Part shown: one piece after another, positions 18,262 through 29,300 of the stretch
How positions within the stretch are numbered: position 1 is the first letter of the stretch
How the letters are laid out: the number at the start of each line of letters is the position of its first letter
Assembly (NCBI GenBank): GCA_964401595.1
Contig: CAYNZA010000003.1
Span: 1 to 62,752 of the forward strand
Origin: an uncultured Desulfomonile sp.
GTDB taxonomy: Bacteria > Desulfobacterota > Desulfomonilia > Desulfomonilales > Desulfomonilaceae
Reading direction: 5' to 3'
Length of the DNA stretch: 62,752 nt
Notes under the pieces: generated by a model
What the model was told of the DNA's origin: nothing
The model's input: the letters and a program-made list of their open reading frames with translations, nothing else
The model's database searches: none
Program-made: the position numbers and the translations under genes

Positions 18262-19875
18262 ATGGATCGGCTAAAACTCCGATTGTTCAGTGCAATGATA
18301 TTAACTATTTTTATCGTGACAGGCGGATTTTTCATAGACCTTACATACGGCGAACAGAAGCAGGAGCCCAAGAAGCCCAACATCGTAGTAATCATGACTG
18401 ACGATGTGGGTTGGGGGGATCTCGGGGTCTATGGAGGTGGGGCCACTCGAGGTGCGCCGACACCTCAGCTTGACAGGCTTGCCAGTGAGGGAATGCATTT
18501 CACCAATTTCTATGGCCAGGCAAGTTGTACAGCCGGCAGGGCCGCTTTTCTGTTAGGTCGATATCCCATCCGTTCCGGATTGAGCGAAGTGCTGACGATA
18601 GGTAGTCCGGGAGGCATTTGCCAGGATGACATCACATTGGCCGATTATCTGGGGCAGGCCGGTTACCGGTCTGTACAGATTGGAAAATGGCACCTTGGAG
18701 ATCGTAAGGAATTTTATCCTACCAATGTAGGGTTTGACGAGATGTATCACATGCTTCCTTACTATGCCAACGCTTATACATGGACCGATCCTGATTTTTA
18801 TCCCGATTTTCCCAGAAATGATCCAGGTTACATGAAATGGTTCAAAGACCTTTATAATGACGGGGAATGGGAAGGTGTCAAAGGTCAGCCCGCCAAAAAA
18901 ACCAGGGTTTTCAAAACGGAAGACCTTAAGGTGGTTGACAACCGTATGGCTCAAACTGCTTCAGAATGGATAAAAAATCATGCCAGGGATGACAGGCCAT
19001 TTTTCATGTATTTGTGTTTCATGAAGCTTCATAATCCGACGCTGCCGTCGGATAAGTGGAAAGGAAAAGCTCCTGGTGGACATCCTTATCTCGATTCACT
19101 AATGGAGTTGGATGACAACACCGGGAAGGTGGTTCAGGCCATACGTGATTCGGGAATAGAAGAAAACACTATAGTCGTATGGTTTCCTGACAACGGGGCG
19201 TGGGTTGATGTCTGGCCCGACGCCGGTTACACTCCGTTCAGAGGCGCCAAGGGAACAAATTTTGAGGCAGGTTTCAGGATACCTGCCATAGTCTGGTGGC
19301 CGAATCACGTTCCGCCAGGCGTGCGCAACGATGACATTTTCTCAAACATGGATGTTTTCCCCACCGTGGCAAAACTTGCCGGGCTTCCAGTCCCTCCAAG
19401 GCTCTGGAAGGACAAGTCGGGAAAACCCATGATATTTGATGGAGTGGATCAGTCGGTGGCGTGGTTTGGAAAAGGGCCGTCCAACCGGAACAATTTCGTT
19501 TATTTCGAAGATCAGAATTACGGTGGGTTTCGGTTAAACCAGTTCAAAACCCTGTATACCCAGAGGGACACCTGGTTAGGTTTCAAAAAGGACCTCAACA
19601 TACCGGCGCTCTACAATCTGCAATGGGATCCTCAGGAACAGCACAACCTTTTCTTCTCTGCAAGCTCTGGAGAGCGGATGTGGCAAGTCATTTACATGAA
19701 CGACACGGTGATGACTCCATTCCTTAAGGAGATCACCGAAGTTCCTAACAGGGTTCCAGCAGGGATAGGTGGCTACATCACCAAGCACTCTACTGAGTTA
19801 CTCATGAAATCGACATTGCTGGAAGAAGCGATGAAGAAAATGGTGACAGAGAGCAAAGACAAAGCACAAAAATAA
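18262..19875 (+). CDS. Arylsulfatase (formylglycine-dependent sulfatase family)
   Basis: An N-terminal hydrophobic segment is followed by PNIVVIMTDDVGWGDLG and the active-site segment SCTAGRAAFLLGRYP (C-x-A-x-R variant), then GKWHLG. The RBS is CAGGAGG. Confidence 0.85.
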   Translation: MDRLKLRLFSAMILTIFIVTGGFFIDLTYGEQKQEPKKPNIVVIMTDDVGWGDLGVYGGGATRGAPTPQLDRLASEGMHFTNFYGQASCTAGRAAFLLGRYPIRSGLSEVLTIGSPGGICQDDITLADYLGQAGYRSVQIGKWHLGDRKEFYPTNVGFDEMYHMLPYYANAYTWTDPDFYPDFPRNDPGYMKWFKDLYNDGEWEGVKGQPAKKTRVFKTEDLKVVDNRMAQTASEWIKNHARDDRPFFMYLCFMKLHNPTLPSDKWKGKAPGGHPYLDSLMELDDNTGKVVQAIRDSGIEENTIVVWFPDNGAWVDVWPDAGYTPFRGAKGTNFEAGFRIPAIVWWPNHVPPGVRNDDIFSNMDVFPTVAKLAGLPVPPRLWKDKSGKPMIFDGVDQSVAWFGKGPSNRNNFVYFEDQNYGGFRLNQFKTLYTQRDTWLGFKKDLNIPALYNLQWDPQEQHNLFFSASSGERMWQVIYMNDTVMTPFLKEITEVPNRVPAGIGGYITKHSTELLMKSTLLEEAMKKMVTESKDKAQK

Positions 19876-20004
19876 ACACATGTTCGAAGGTTTCTATAAA
19901 AAATTTGATTGAATGTAGCGTTTCTCAATAGTTTTGCAGGAATGAAATTTCAATTGAAAATGGTTAATCCAGGTGGGGCAATTACAGGAAGTCATGAATT
20001 CAGT

Positions 20005-20931
20005 CTATTCTCTGGTGGCAATTATGACACCCATCATTATGAGGGCGCCGCTTAACAGGTCGACAGGATGTACCGGCTCGCCCAGGATGACAGCGCCTTC
20101 AATGGCGCTGAAGATGGGGAGCGAATAATATACAAATGCCGAGTGCACCGGACCTATAAGCATGATTGCCTTGTTCCAGCACAGGAAGGCGACGAGCGAC
20201 GGGCCAATGCCCAAATATATGATGGCTGCAATTGCGGCTGAAGAGAGGCTGATTTTGTCCCCGGCCTGAAGTTCCCATAGCAACCATGGGAGCAGAAACA
20301 GCAGACCAAGTAACAGTGTCGAACACAGGAATGCCACTGCGCCCAGATCCTTCGGCTTGAAGCGGACAAGAATGCTGTATGCTCCGAAAATGGATGCAGC
20401 CAGAATCATCCAGGCGTCACCGTCTGAAACACCATGCTCCAGAACTTGGGATAAGTCGCCTTTGGTGACCAGGAGGGCAACCCCGACCGTGGCGGCGATC
20501 AACCCAATAATTTTGGGAAGGCTTAGAGGAGTCCCCAAGAACAAGTATGCGAAGAAAACAATGAAAATAGGTGATGAAGCCGCAATCAGAGATAGAGTGA
20601 CTGCCTTGGATGTATGGGCGGCGATGTAAATCAGTGTGTTGAAAACAGTGACCAGCAGAAACGCAGTCAGGGACAGATAGCCCAGATTTTTTCTTATGAC
20701 CTTATAGTCACGGAAAAAAGGCCTGATACCAAACGGTAACAGGAGGATGGCTGCTGTAGACCAGCGCAGAAATGCCAGCGTCACTGGAGGCACGGAGTCG
20801 GAAAGACCTCGGGCCACAATGAAGTTGAATGACCAAATGGCCGTGGCTGCTAATGCGAGCCCATACCCCAAAAGTGGATGCTCCTCACCTGATGATTTTG
20901 GATAAATGTTAATAACCTTTTTCACCGACAA
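20005..20931 (-). CDS. DMT-superfamily (EamA-like) transporter
   Basis: It is 308 aa with about 10 predicted TM helices, arranged as two EamA-like halves. Confidence 0.75.
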   Translation of the reverse strand: MSVKKVINIYPKSSGEEHPLLGYGLALAATAIWSFNFIVARGLSDSVPPVTLAFLRWSTAAILLLPFGIRPFFRDYKVIRKNLGYLSLTAFLLVTVFNTLIYIAAHTSKAVTLSLIAASSPIFIVFFAYLFLGTPLSLPKIIGLIAATVGVALLVTKGDLSQVLEHGVSDGDAWMILAASIFGAYSILVRFKPKDLGAVAFLCSTLLLGLLFLLPWLLWELQAGDKISLSSAAIAAIIYLGIGPSLVAFLCWNKAIMLIGPVHSAFVYYSLPIFSAIEGAVILGEPVHPVDLLSGALIMMGVIIATRE

Positions 20932-20986
20932 GTATTCTTATCACGCAAGCCTGGAGATGCTTAATTTGATTTCAATTACATAATGT

Positions 20987-21691
20987 TTAGCGCTGTTTGC
21001 CAAGGTATGCCTCCACTATGGCAGGATCATTCCTCAATTGAGACGCCGGACCTTCTTTCACAATTTTTCCGCCCTCCATTACGTAAGCAAAATCGGCAAC
21101 CTGAAGCGCTTTTCTGGCGTTTTGTTCAATTACAAGTATAGTAGTTTGCTCCCTGAGTGAGGAAATAATTCTGAAGACCTCGTTGACCACCAGAGGAGCC
21201 AATCCTAAAGAAGGCTCATCCAGCATCAACAGTTTGGGACGAGCCATCAGGGCCCGTCCGAAGGCAAGCATTTGCTGCTCACCTCCTGAAAGTGAATCCG
21301 CCAACTGTTTACGCCTTTTAAATAGTTGATGGAAACGTTCATAAATTCTTTTGAGATCAATGTCAATTTCAGCGTCCCTGCGGGAGTAAGCTCCGAGCAG
21401 GAGGTTTTCTTCAACAGTCAAACTGCCCAGAACCTGTCTACCTTCAGGAACCTGGATCAACCCGAGGGAGGCGACTATGTCAGGACGACGGCCTGTAATT
21501 TCCCTGTTTTCGAACAATACTGATCCCTTGTTCGGACCGAGGAGACCACTTATGGTATTCACAGTGGTGGATTTACCGGCGCCATTGGCCCCCACCATGG
21601 CCACGACGGATCCTGAAGGAACCTCAAAGCTCACTCCCTTCAGAGCCGCTATTGCGCCATAAGAAACGTGTAAGTCTTTTACTGCAAGCAT
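20987..21691 (-). CDS. livF: Branched-chain amino-acid-type ABC transporter ATP-binding protein (LivF type)
   Basis: It has Walker A GANGAGKST, the signature LSGGEQQML and Walker B LLMLDEPSLGLAP. The length is 234 aa. Confidence 0.85.
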   Translation of the reverse strand: MLAVKDLHVSYGAIAALKGVSFEVPSGSVVAMVGANGAGKSTTVNTISGLLGPNKGSVLFENREITGRRPDIVASLGLIQVPEGRQVLGSLTVEENLLLGAYSRRDAEIDIDLKRIYERFHQLFKRRKQLADSLSGGEQQMLAFGRALMARPKLLMLDEPSLGLAPLVVNEVFRIISSLREQTTILVIEQNARKALQVADFAYVMEGGKIVKEGPASQLRNDPAIVEAYLGKQR

Positions 21692-21766
21692 TGATCAGAA
21701 AATCCTGAAATAGCTGTCAAGAATGTCTTCCGTAAGTTGACACCGTAAACTGTCGCATCCCGATGG

Positions 21767-22543
21767 TCATTCTTCGCCCAGATAAGCTTCGATTACTCGA
21801 GGGTCGCTCCTGACTGAAATTGGAGACCCTTCGGCAATCTTTACACCGAAGTTGAGCACAACTACCTGATCACTTATGCGCATGATGACATCCATGTCAT
21901 GCTCAATAATCAACATAGTCAAATGAGTCTGTTTCAACATTACCAGAAAATCGAACAGTTCATCCGTCTCTTTCCTGTTCATGCCCGCCGCAGGCTCATC
22001 CAGCAACAGCAGACGAGGCTTGAGAGCCAAAGCCCTGGCAATTTCGAGACGCCGCTGGTCTCCGTATGAAAGTGCGCCGGCCTGGATTCCGGCAAGCTTC
22101 CCCATGCCGAGATCCCTGAGCAAGCCCAGACATGTTTCCCGAGATTCCCTCTCCTCGGCCTTACTGCGAGGTAACCTGAAAAGAGTGTCAAAAAAATTGC
22201 CTCTGCAGTTAAGATGCCGTCCTACCATGACGTTTTCAACTACCGATAGCTCCGGGAATATCCGAATGTTCTGAAATGTCCGTGAAACACCGTGTCCCGC
22301 TACTTTGTGAGGAGGAAGGCCGGTCATGATTTTTCCGTTTAGCCTTATCTCACCCAAGGACAATGGCAAAAGTCCACTTATGGCATTTAAAAGGGTCGTC
22401 TTTCCTGCCCCGTTAGGTCCTATCAGACCGCAGGTGACACCTGAATCTATATTAAACGAAACCTCCTCGAAGGCCATTACGCCTCCGAATTTTTTTGTTA
22501 CTCCATCTATCTCGAGCAATGGTTTGGGTTGATTCAGGGACAT
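21767..22543 (-). CDS. livG: Branched-chain amino-acid-type ABC transporter ATP-binding protein (LivG type)
   Basis: It has Walker A GPNGAGKTT, the signature LSYGDQRRLEIARAL and Walker B LLLLDEPAAGM. The length is 258 aa. Confidence 0.85.
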   Translation of the reverse strand: MSLNQPKPLLEIDGVTKKFGGVMAFEEVSFNIDSGVTCGLIGPNGAGKTTLLNAISGLLPLSLGEIRLNGKIMTGLPPHKVAGHGVSRTFQNIRIFPELSVVENVMVGRHLNCRGNFFDTLFRLPRSKAEERESRETCLGLLRDLGMGKLAGIQAGALSYGDQRRLEIARALALKPRLLLLDEPAAGMNRKETDELFDFLVMLKQTHLTMLIIEHDMDVIMRISDQVVVLNFGVKIAEGSPISVRSDPRVIEAYLGEE

Positions 22544-22627
22544 TTAATTGCGCTCAGTCGTCTCCAGTGATTATAAGGGCACAAATTGGTTGACCGTCTT
22601 TCCTGAGATGCCGAAATAGCCTTAGAA

Positions 22628-23557
22628 TCATGGACTGGAACCTGAAAATTTTTGTTGAAAGAATTTTGCGGAAGCCCTCCACATCTGAGGATCAACGAGT
22701 CCTCTGGGCAGATATATCGTCGAAATCATGATGATGAGACCATTGGCTATGTCCCGTTGATCCTTTAGAAAACTCAGAACCTCCGGCAAAGATGTCAGCA
22801 CGGTGGCGCCCACAATGGCCCCCATCCAATGGGTCATGCCCCCCAGGACGGCAAAAGCAAGGATATCGACAGCTTTCCCAAAAACGTAATTCCTGGGATC
22901 GATCACTCTCATGACAGGTGTGCTCAAGGCTCCTGCGCCGGCGGCAATCGCTGCGCTTAGCAGGAACGCCAGAAGTTTGTAACGAACTACATCTATTCCG
23001 AGAGTATGAGCTGCTGTTTCATCCTGGCGGATAGAAGCCAGAACCCTGCCATAACGTGAGTTTTGAATGGTGAATGCAAGGTAGGTGACGCCAGCCAGGT
23101 ATATCAGCAAGGGCCATGTAGTGTCCGGTATGCCCAAGATTATATTGGGTGCGACGTAGCTGAGCGTAATACCCTCAGCTCCATTAAAAACAACTATTTC
23201 CTTATCTTCACTGAACAGTCTGACAACTTTATCTCCATTAAGCGCAATGATCCGAACAATTTCCCCAAAACCGAGTGTGGCGATTGCCAGATAAACATCA
23301 CGGAGACGCAAAACCAGCATTCCCAGAGGCAAGGCTACCATTACTGCGAGGAACATTGCAGGAGCGATGGTAAAACCTAACGGAATGTCTGCCCTGGTGA
23401 TCAACAAAGCGGCAGTATAAGCGCCTATGGCCATAAATCCGGCGTTTGCAAGGGAAAGCATTCCTGTAAAAAGTGTCAGGTAAATGCTTATCCCCAACGA
23501 CATATTGATGAGTATGAAGTTGATCACGGAAATGTTATGGGATATGAATTCGGGCAT
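22628..23557 (-). CDS. livM: Liv-type ABC transporter permease (LivM type)
   Basis: It is a polytopic membrane protein whose position and length fit LivM. Confidence 0.8.
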   Translation of the reverse strand: MPEFISHNISVINFILINMSLGISIYLTLFTGMLSLANAGFMAIGAYTAALLITRADIPLGFTIAPAMFLAVMVALPLGMLVLRLRDVYLAIATLGFGEIVRIIALNGDKVVRLFSEDKEIVVFNGAEGITLSYVAPNIILGIPDTTWPLLIYLAGVTYLAFTIQNSRYGRVLASIRQDETAAHTLGIDVVRYKLLAFLLSAAIAAGAGALSTPVMRVIDPRNYVFGKAVDILAFAVLGGMTHWMGAIVGATVLTSLPEVLSFLKDQRDIANGLIIMISTIYLPRGLVDPQMWRASAKFFQQKFSGSSP

Positions 23558-23579
23558 AATGTGGATTTACTCGTCTCTA

Positions 23580-24635
23580 CTATGCTCTGGCAACCTTGCT
23601 TCGCCCAAACAGTCCACTGGGGCGGACAAGAAGAACTATGATCAGCAAACCAAAAACGAAAGCGTCCCTAAAACTACTGTCAATATACGCGACACTTAGC
23701 ACCCGTATCATTCCAACCAGAAAGGCGGCCAGAGCCGCTCCACCAATACTGCCCATGCCGCCGACTATTATTACCGTCAGGCCTGCCAACTCCACTTCGT
23801 GACCCATAGTCGGCTCCAGCCTGTTGAAAGCCAGTCCCAGTAGCACACCGGCGGCTCCGGCCAATGCTCCTGAGATGAAGAAAGTCTGGGCAATTACAAA
23901 ATCAACATTTATCCCCAACAACCTGGATGTTCGTTCACTCCAGGCTATTCCACGAATGGCGCGCCCCATCTGGGTTCGCTTGATGAGGATGTGAAGAATT
24001 GCCAGCAATATTAATGATAAAACCAGAACAAGGGCCTGAATAGGCGATATTACAGCATTGCCGGCCAACTGGTATGGTTTCATCGGAAACAGATTCAGAG
24101 GAAAACGTGAGACCTGCGCCCCAAATTGGCCCATGGCCAGGCTCACAAGGATGAAGGTTGCCCCAATTGAAGAAATCATCGGCGCCAAATGTGGAACTTC
24201 CCTCTGGCGCAAAGGTCGGACGCTCCGAAAATCCTGGATTAATCCTGCCAGTAACACCACTGCGCCCGATAGAATGACGGCTCTTCTGGTTGACAAGCTC
24301 CAGTCCCCGATCATGCCCGTCAGAAATATCAGGAATCCAGCCCAAATCACCAGCGAGCCGACAGTCAAAGAACGCAGGGGCTTAAACGCCAGGCGATCAA
24401 GCAGAACGCCTAACAGGCCGGCGCCTGTCATGGCTGCAGGAATGGAGTACCACAAGGACCAGTCAAGTTTTGTGACACAGACAAAAGCTATGAAGGCGCC
24501 CCACATGAAAGTTGCGCCATGCGCCAGGTTTATTATGTTCAGGACACCAAAAACCAGGGTATAACCCATGGCAAAGAGCGCAAGGGCCGCTCCCTGCCAG
24601 ACGCCGTTTATGAGTTGCTGTGGAAGCTGAGTCAT
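23580..24635 (-). CDS. livH: Liv-type ABC transporter permease (LivH type, about 50 aa longer than usual)
   Basis: It has the N-terminal motif INLAHGATFMWGA and is polytopic. It is 351 aa. Confidence 0.8.
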   Translation of the reverse strand: MTQLPQQLINGVWQGAALALFAMGYTLVFGVLNIINLAHGATFMWGAFIAFVCVTKLDWSLWYSIPAAMTGAGLLGVLLDRLAFKPLRSLTVGSLVIWAGFLIFLTGMIGDWSLSTRRAVILSGAVVLLAGLIQDFRSVRPLRQREVPHLAPMISSIGATFILVSLAMGQFGAQVSRFPLNLFPMKPYQLAGNAVISPIQALVLVLSLILLAILHILIKRTQMGRAIRGIAWSERTSRLLGINVDFVIAQTFFISGALAGAAGVLLGLAFNRLEPTMGHEVELAGLTVIIVGGMGSIGGAALAAFLVGMIRVLSVAYIDSSFRDAFVFGLLIIVLLVRPSGLFGRSKVARA

Positions 24636-24688
24636 CTATAAACCCTGACAGCCGGGGGACCCAAGGGATTCTTCATGGTAAATCTTTT

Positions 24689-25843
24689 CTATTTGAACAG
24701 CTCAAACTTACCGTTCTTTATTGTCTGAACTACCGGGGAATGAACCGGGTCACGCTTTTCGTCAAATGAAAAATTGCCGAGCACTGTATCCAGATCTTTG
24801 GTCTTTGCCAATGAGTCTCTTACTGCCTGAGAGTTCGATGAGCCGGCGGTCTTGATTGCGTTTGCTATGATGTAGACCCCGGTATAGGCCTGCGCAGCGA
24901 ACTGGTCCGGGTTGGAACCGTATTTCCGGTTGTAGGCTTCAACAAAATTCTTGTTGCCCGGGGTGTCGTTCCCGACGAACCAGGCCGCTCCGGATATGGC
25001 GCCCTCAGCAGCCGGTCCCGCCAGTTGTGCAAGTTTAGGGGAGTTGAACCCGTTGCCACCAATGATGTGAACGGAATCGGGTATGCCAAGCTGACGGGCC
25101 TGGGTCAAGATGCCGGCTGCCTCTTCAGCGAGGGCTGATACTATTATCTGGTCAGGTTTAAGCCCTTTTATCTTGGTAAGCTGGGCCGAAAAATCCGTAT
25201 CTTTCTTTTTGAACGTTTCAATTGTAAGGATTTTGATTCCATTTTCATCAAGGACCTTTTTGAATACGTCGTAACCGCCCTTAGTGAAGACATCGTCGTC
25301 CCCATACATTACAGCCACCTTGTCATATCCCAGCTTGTTTCTGGTAATCTTGACAGTGTTGGGCTGGACCACGCTTTCCGGAAGACTGTCCCTGAAAATG
25401 AAATCCCCTATCTCAACTATTCCACTTGCCGTGTTGGAAACGCCCATGACGATCACCTTGGCGTTCTGGGCAATCGGATTGGAGGCTTTGGCCGAATTGG
25501 ACAGAGTTGGCCCGAGGATGGCAATCACTTTCTCCTTGTTGATAAGTTTTTCAAAAGCGGTAATGGCGCCTTCCTTGGTAGATCGATCATCCTCTGTGAT
25601 CAATTTCAACTTGACTCCGCCCAGCATTCCCGACTTGTTGATCTCTTCAACAGCAAGTTCCGACGCATTCTTTTGGGAAGGTCCGTAAACGGCGGCGTCA
25701 CCGGTCAGGGACCAAACCCCCGCAATTGGTATCTCTCCCGAAAGACCTTTTGCTGCGGGATCAGCAGCCAATGACGACGAATCAGCGGCCAACACGGCCA
25801 ATAAAGACAACGCTATGCACATAAAATAAAGCCTACTTCTCAT
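24689..25843 (-). CDS. Liv-type periplasmic substrate-binding protein (LivK/LivJ family)
   Basis: The signal peptide is MRSRLYFMCIALSLLAVLAADSSSLA. The type-I periplasmic binding fold pattern is present (IAGVWSLTGDAAVYG ... AILGPTLS). It is the first gene of the operon. Confidence 0.85.
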   Translation of the reverse strand: MRSRLYFMCIALSLLAVLAADSSSLAADPAAKGLSGEIPIAGVWSLTGDAAVYGPSQKNASELAVEEINKSGMLGGVKLKLITEDDRSTKEGAITAFEKLINKEKVIAILGPTLSNSAKASNPIAQNAKVIVMGVSNTASGIVEIGDFIFRDSLPESVVQPNTVKITRNKLGYDKVAVMYGDDDVFTKGGYDVFKKVLDENGIKILTIETFKKKDTDFSAQLTKIKGLKPDQIIVSALAEEAAGILTQARQLGIPDSVHIIGGNGFNSPKLAQLAGPAAEGAISGAAWFVGNDTPGNKNFVEAYNRKYGSNPDQFAAQAYTGVYIIANAIKTAGSSNSQAVRDSLAKTKDLDTVLGNFSFDEKRDPVHSPVVQTIKNGKFELFK

Positions 25844-25891
25844 GTGGCGCCCTCTCCTCGAAATCTATACGTTTGTTTGACCAGCAGATCA

Positions 25892-25911
25892 TTTCGGGAA
25901 ATATCCCGAAA
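25892..25911. promoter_or_regulatory. Perfect 8-bp inverted repeat TTTCGGGA-AATA-TCCCGAAA in the livK-type operon leader/promoter region
   Basis: I read it directly. It lies 49-68 nt upstream of the minus-strand ATG at 25843. A related pair TCGGGAAA (26119-26126) / TTTCCCGA (26144-26151) is in the same intergenic region. Confidence 0.4.
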
Positions 25912-26304
25912 CATCCTTAAACGCCGAAAATTTGTGTGCTCGAATTCCTTTTCTGGGAATGTACATTTTGACCTGCCCACGTTACTGTATGAGGTTGGTC
26001 TAATTCCGGTCTGCACCTAGTGTGTGGATCACAGCCCTAAAAAAGTATTGCAATGGAAACAGAAATATTCTGGTTTCCAAATTCATAATGAGTAAACGGC
26101 GATAAGACAGAGGTTTATTCGGGAAATCACTGCTGTAAAACATTTTCCCGAGAGTGATGCGTTTTAGTCCGTCAAGGTTTATTGGAAATATCTATGTTAC
26201 AATAAATACTAATTTTTGTTTGGTCAATATTTTTAATTCTTCAGACCATCATAAGCCTGTTCGAAGTTAGCATGCAGTCCTTTTCACCTACATGGAGGTC
26301 AAAG

Positions 26305-29300
26305 ATGATCACCAGATTCCTTCATTGCCTGTCGTCATTGGTCATTGTTATGCTCATGTCCGGATTTCTGATGGCTGATGAACCCAGAGATGGACTCCAA
26401 CTATTGGCCTCGGCATTTGAAATCGACCTAAAGGCACAGTCCAGGCAGGATTTTGAAAACGCTCTTACGAAATACGACCTGGCTCTAAAAAGTTTTGAAA
26501 AGACCAATGATCTCAATGGCCAACTCAGGGCTTTGGATGGAATGGCCTGGATTCTTGAGCTGTTTGGAGAGAGTGGCAAAGCCGGGACATTGTATTTGAA
26601 GAAACTCAGCATTTCAAATGAACTCGGTGATGAGGTCTCCGCTGTCCAGTCATTGTATGCCCTGGGCCGCGTGAACACCTCTTTGAGCAATTATGCAGAG
26701 GCTCTCAGGTTCCTTAATAAAGCCCTGGAACTTGTTTCCAAAACTCAGGACATTAGGGCAAAGGGCGTAATATACAGCGGTTTGGCTGAAATACACAGAC
26801 AGTCTGGTCAATTTCCGGCTGCCCTTGAAATGTTGAACAAATCTCTTGAGATTTCCCGTAACCAGAAAGACGTTCCTGGGCAGGTGATAGACCTTCTGAA
26901 TCTCGGCAGGCTGTACATGGACATTGGATATCCGGATGATGCAGCCAGGTTCCTGATGCTTCATATGGAAGCTCTCAACACTGTGGCGAGAGATTTCCGG
27001 ATTGACATGACCAATATTGGCGTCACTCAAGTGTACATTCAGTTGGCAAATTACTGCAGGGGGCTGGATCCAAAATCCGGAATCAGGGAGATACGTCGTC
27101 CATTCTCGGATGTGTTCATTGAAGATGTCAGTCTTGAAACATTCTCGGTTAAGGGGCCTCAGGGAGACATGATACTTTACAGACGTCTCGGAGAAACGGA
27201 CCAGGCCCTTGATACATATCGGTGGACGTTTGAGTTCCAGAAAAAGCTCGGTGACATGGCCGGTCAATCCATGACCCTGAACAATGTCGGTCTCATACAC
27301 AGAATCAGAGGGGAATTCTCCAAGGCGCTCGAATGTTTTGAACAAAGTCTTGATATTAGCGCCAGGATGGAATGTCCATACGCCCAGGCGGTTACCCTGA
27401 ATAACATGGCCAGGATCTACGTCGCCTGGGGTTACAATCAAAAAGCTCGGGAACTATTTGAGCGATCGCTGGGTATCAGAGAGAAAATTGGATCTAGCGC
27501 CGGTCAGGGGCAGATATACTCTCAACTCGGCGATCTGATGCGCAACTGGGGCTTATACAACGACGCACTGGAATATTACGCAAAATGTTACGCCATCCAT
27601 GAAGCCTCGGGGCAAACTCTCGCAATGGGGGACACTCTTATACGCCGTGGCTTGGCTTTGAAAGGTCTGGACCGCAATCAGCAAGCGTTCACGGAATTGG
27701 AAAAAGGTCTTTCACTTGTAAAAATCGCCAAGGGTTATGAGAACTGGCCGTGTGACATAATTGGCAATTTTTATCTGGATATGGGCGATTTAGCTCATGC
27801 TCAGGAATACATCTCAAGAGGAGGATTTTATTCTTCCCTGGCAAGAATGGCCCTGGCAAATTCGGATTTGAGTGGGGCCCGAATGAATTACCAGTTACTA
27901 CTGGAAAATGGTGAAAAAGACGGCAATGTCAACAACCTGTTTGTGGCTTTGACCGGTTTGGGGGTAGTCAGCGAAAAAAGCGGCGACCTGACCGGAGCCA
28001 TGGAGTTCTACACAAAAGCGCTAAAGCTCACTGAAGAATTAAGGGACGGCCTGCTTCCCTCCGAGAGAAGAAATTTCTACGACCTCCGAACAGGCGGTTT
28101 TTACAGATCTGAGCCTGCAAAGGGTCTTGTGAGAGTCTTTACACTGCTGAATCAACCACTGGAAAGCATAAATGCAGCAGAAACCGTTCGTGCCAGGTCA
28201 TTTTCTGATCATCTTTCAGTCAGGCGCCTTGAAAATTTTGAAGGAGTTCCGGAAGAGGTGTTGTCACAAGAAGATGAGTTAACTTCCAGACTGGCCAGTC
28301 TCAAAAAAAGGCTTCTCGGTATCGACAAAACAGCGGAACAAAAAGCCTGGGAGAAAGTCAGTCTGGAAATCCACAGGGCGCAGGCAGCAATGGACAGTTT
28401 TGTTGAGGTCTTGCGGGGCAAGTACCGTCCATATGCCCAAATAAAGTATCCTCGTCCGGTAACGTTACCAGAATCAGGACTACGGCCGGATGAAACAACC
28501 ATAGTGTTCGATGTGGCTGGAGACATGGTTGTGGTGAAGCTGATCAAAGGCAGGGAACTTGCCGGCTTTTACCACATGCAATGGAGAGAATCCGAGCTTG
28601 TAAGCGACATAAATGGTTTCAGAGAGTCTTTTGACACCGTAAAGCTCCGGAATTTCGATGTTGATCTGGCAAAGAAACTTTACCATAGATTGCTGGAACC
28701 GGCACTGTCCAAGGTTCCGAAGGGAACCAGACTGACCATAATTCCCGATGGCATTCTTTCCGTACTACCGTTCGAAGCTCTCGTGACACAGGGGACTGCA
28801 GAATGGCGCAAGGGCATCGGAGGCTACTTCCCGCATGGAATCAAATACCTGGCTGATGACTATCCGATAAGCTATCAGCAGTCACTGACGTCTCTGAGCA
28901 TTGCCAGGCAAAAAGATCCCATTTCACACAAGACGGGAAACAGGCTGCTCGTCATAGCAGACCCGGTCTTTCAGCTATCGGATCAACGGGCACAAAAGAT
29001 TGAAGATCAGCGCCTCGCCAGAGTGGAAAACGATGGTCAGGGGAGACTAATGGCAGCCATAGAAGACTTCGAGGGCGGATACATGAAGTTTGATCGACTG
29101 CCACAGACGGGAGTGCTTGCTCAAAACTTGAGTCGTTTGTATCCGGGTCTGACGGACTCGTTCACCGGATTTGAGGCCAGTAAAAAAGGCTTTCTCGAGG
29201 AGTCGGCCCGGAAAATGTTCCAATATGATAAAATAATTTTTGCAACCCACGGCCTGTTCAACGATCGAATCCCTGGAATATCTGAACCCTTTCTCGCACT

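Noticed and set aside
19948-19959. 12-bp perfect palindrome TTTCAATTGAAA between the convergent sulfatase and EamA genes, and GGAATATTCC at 41326-41335
   Set aside because: These are short AT-rich palindromes that occur by chance in AT-rich spacers. There is no second copy or positional argument for function.
24058-24564. 168-aa plus-strand ORF, plus the similar shadows at 23063-23380, 50208-50672 and 50708-51172
   Set aside because: These are antisense or out-of-frame shadows inside Liv permease genes. Their translations are Arg/Pro/Ser-rich and not protein-like.
26650-27441. 263-aa minus-strand ORF
   Set aside because: It lies entirely antisense within the TPR-CHAT gene and has no motifs. 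It is a typical shadow ORF.
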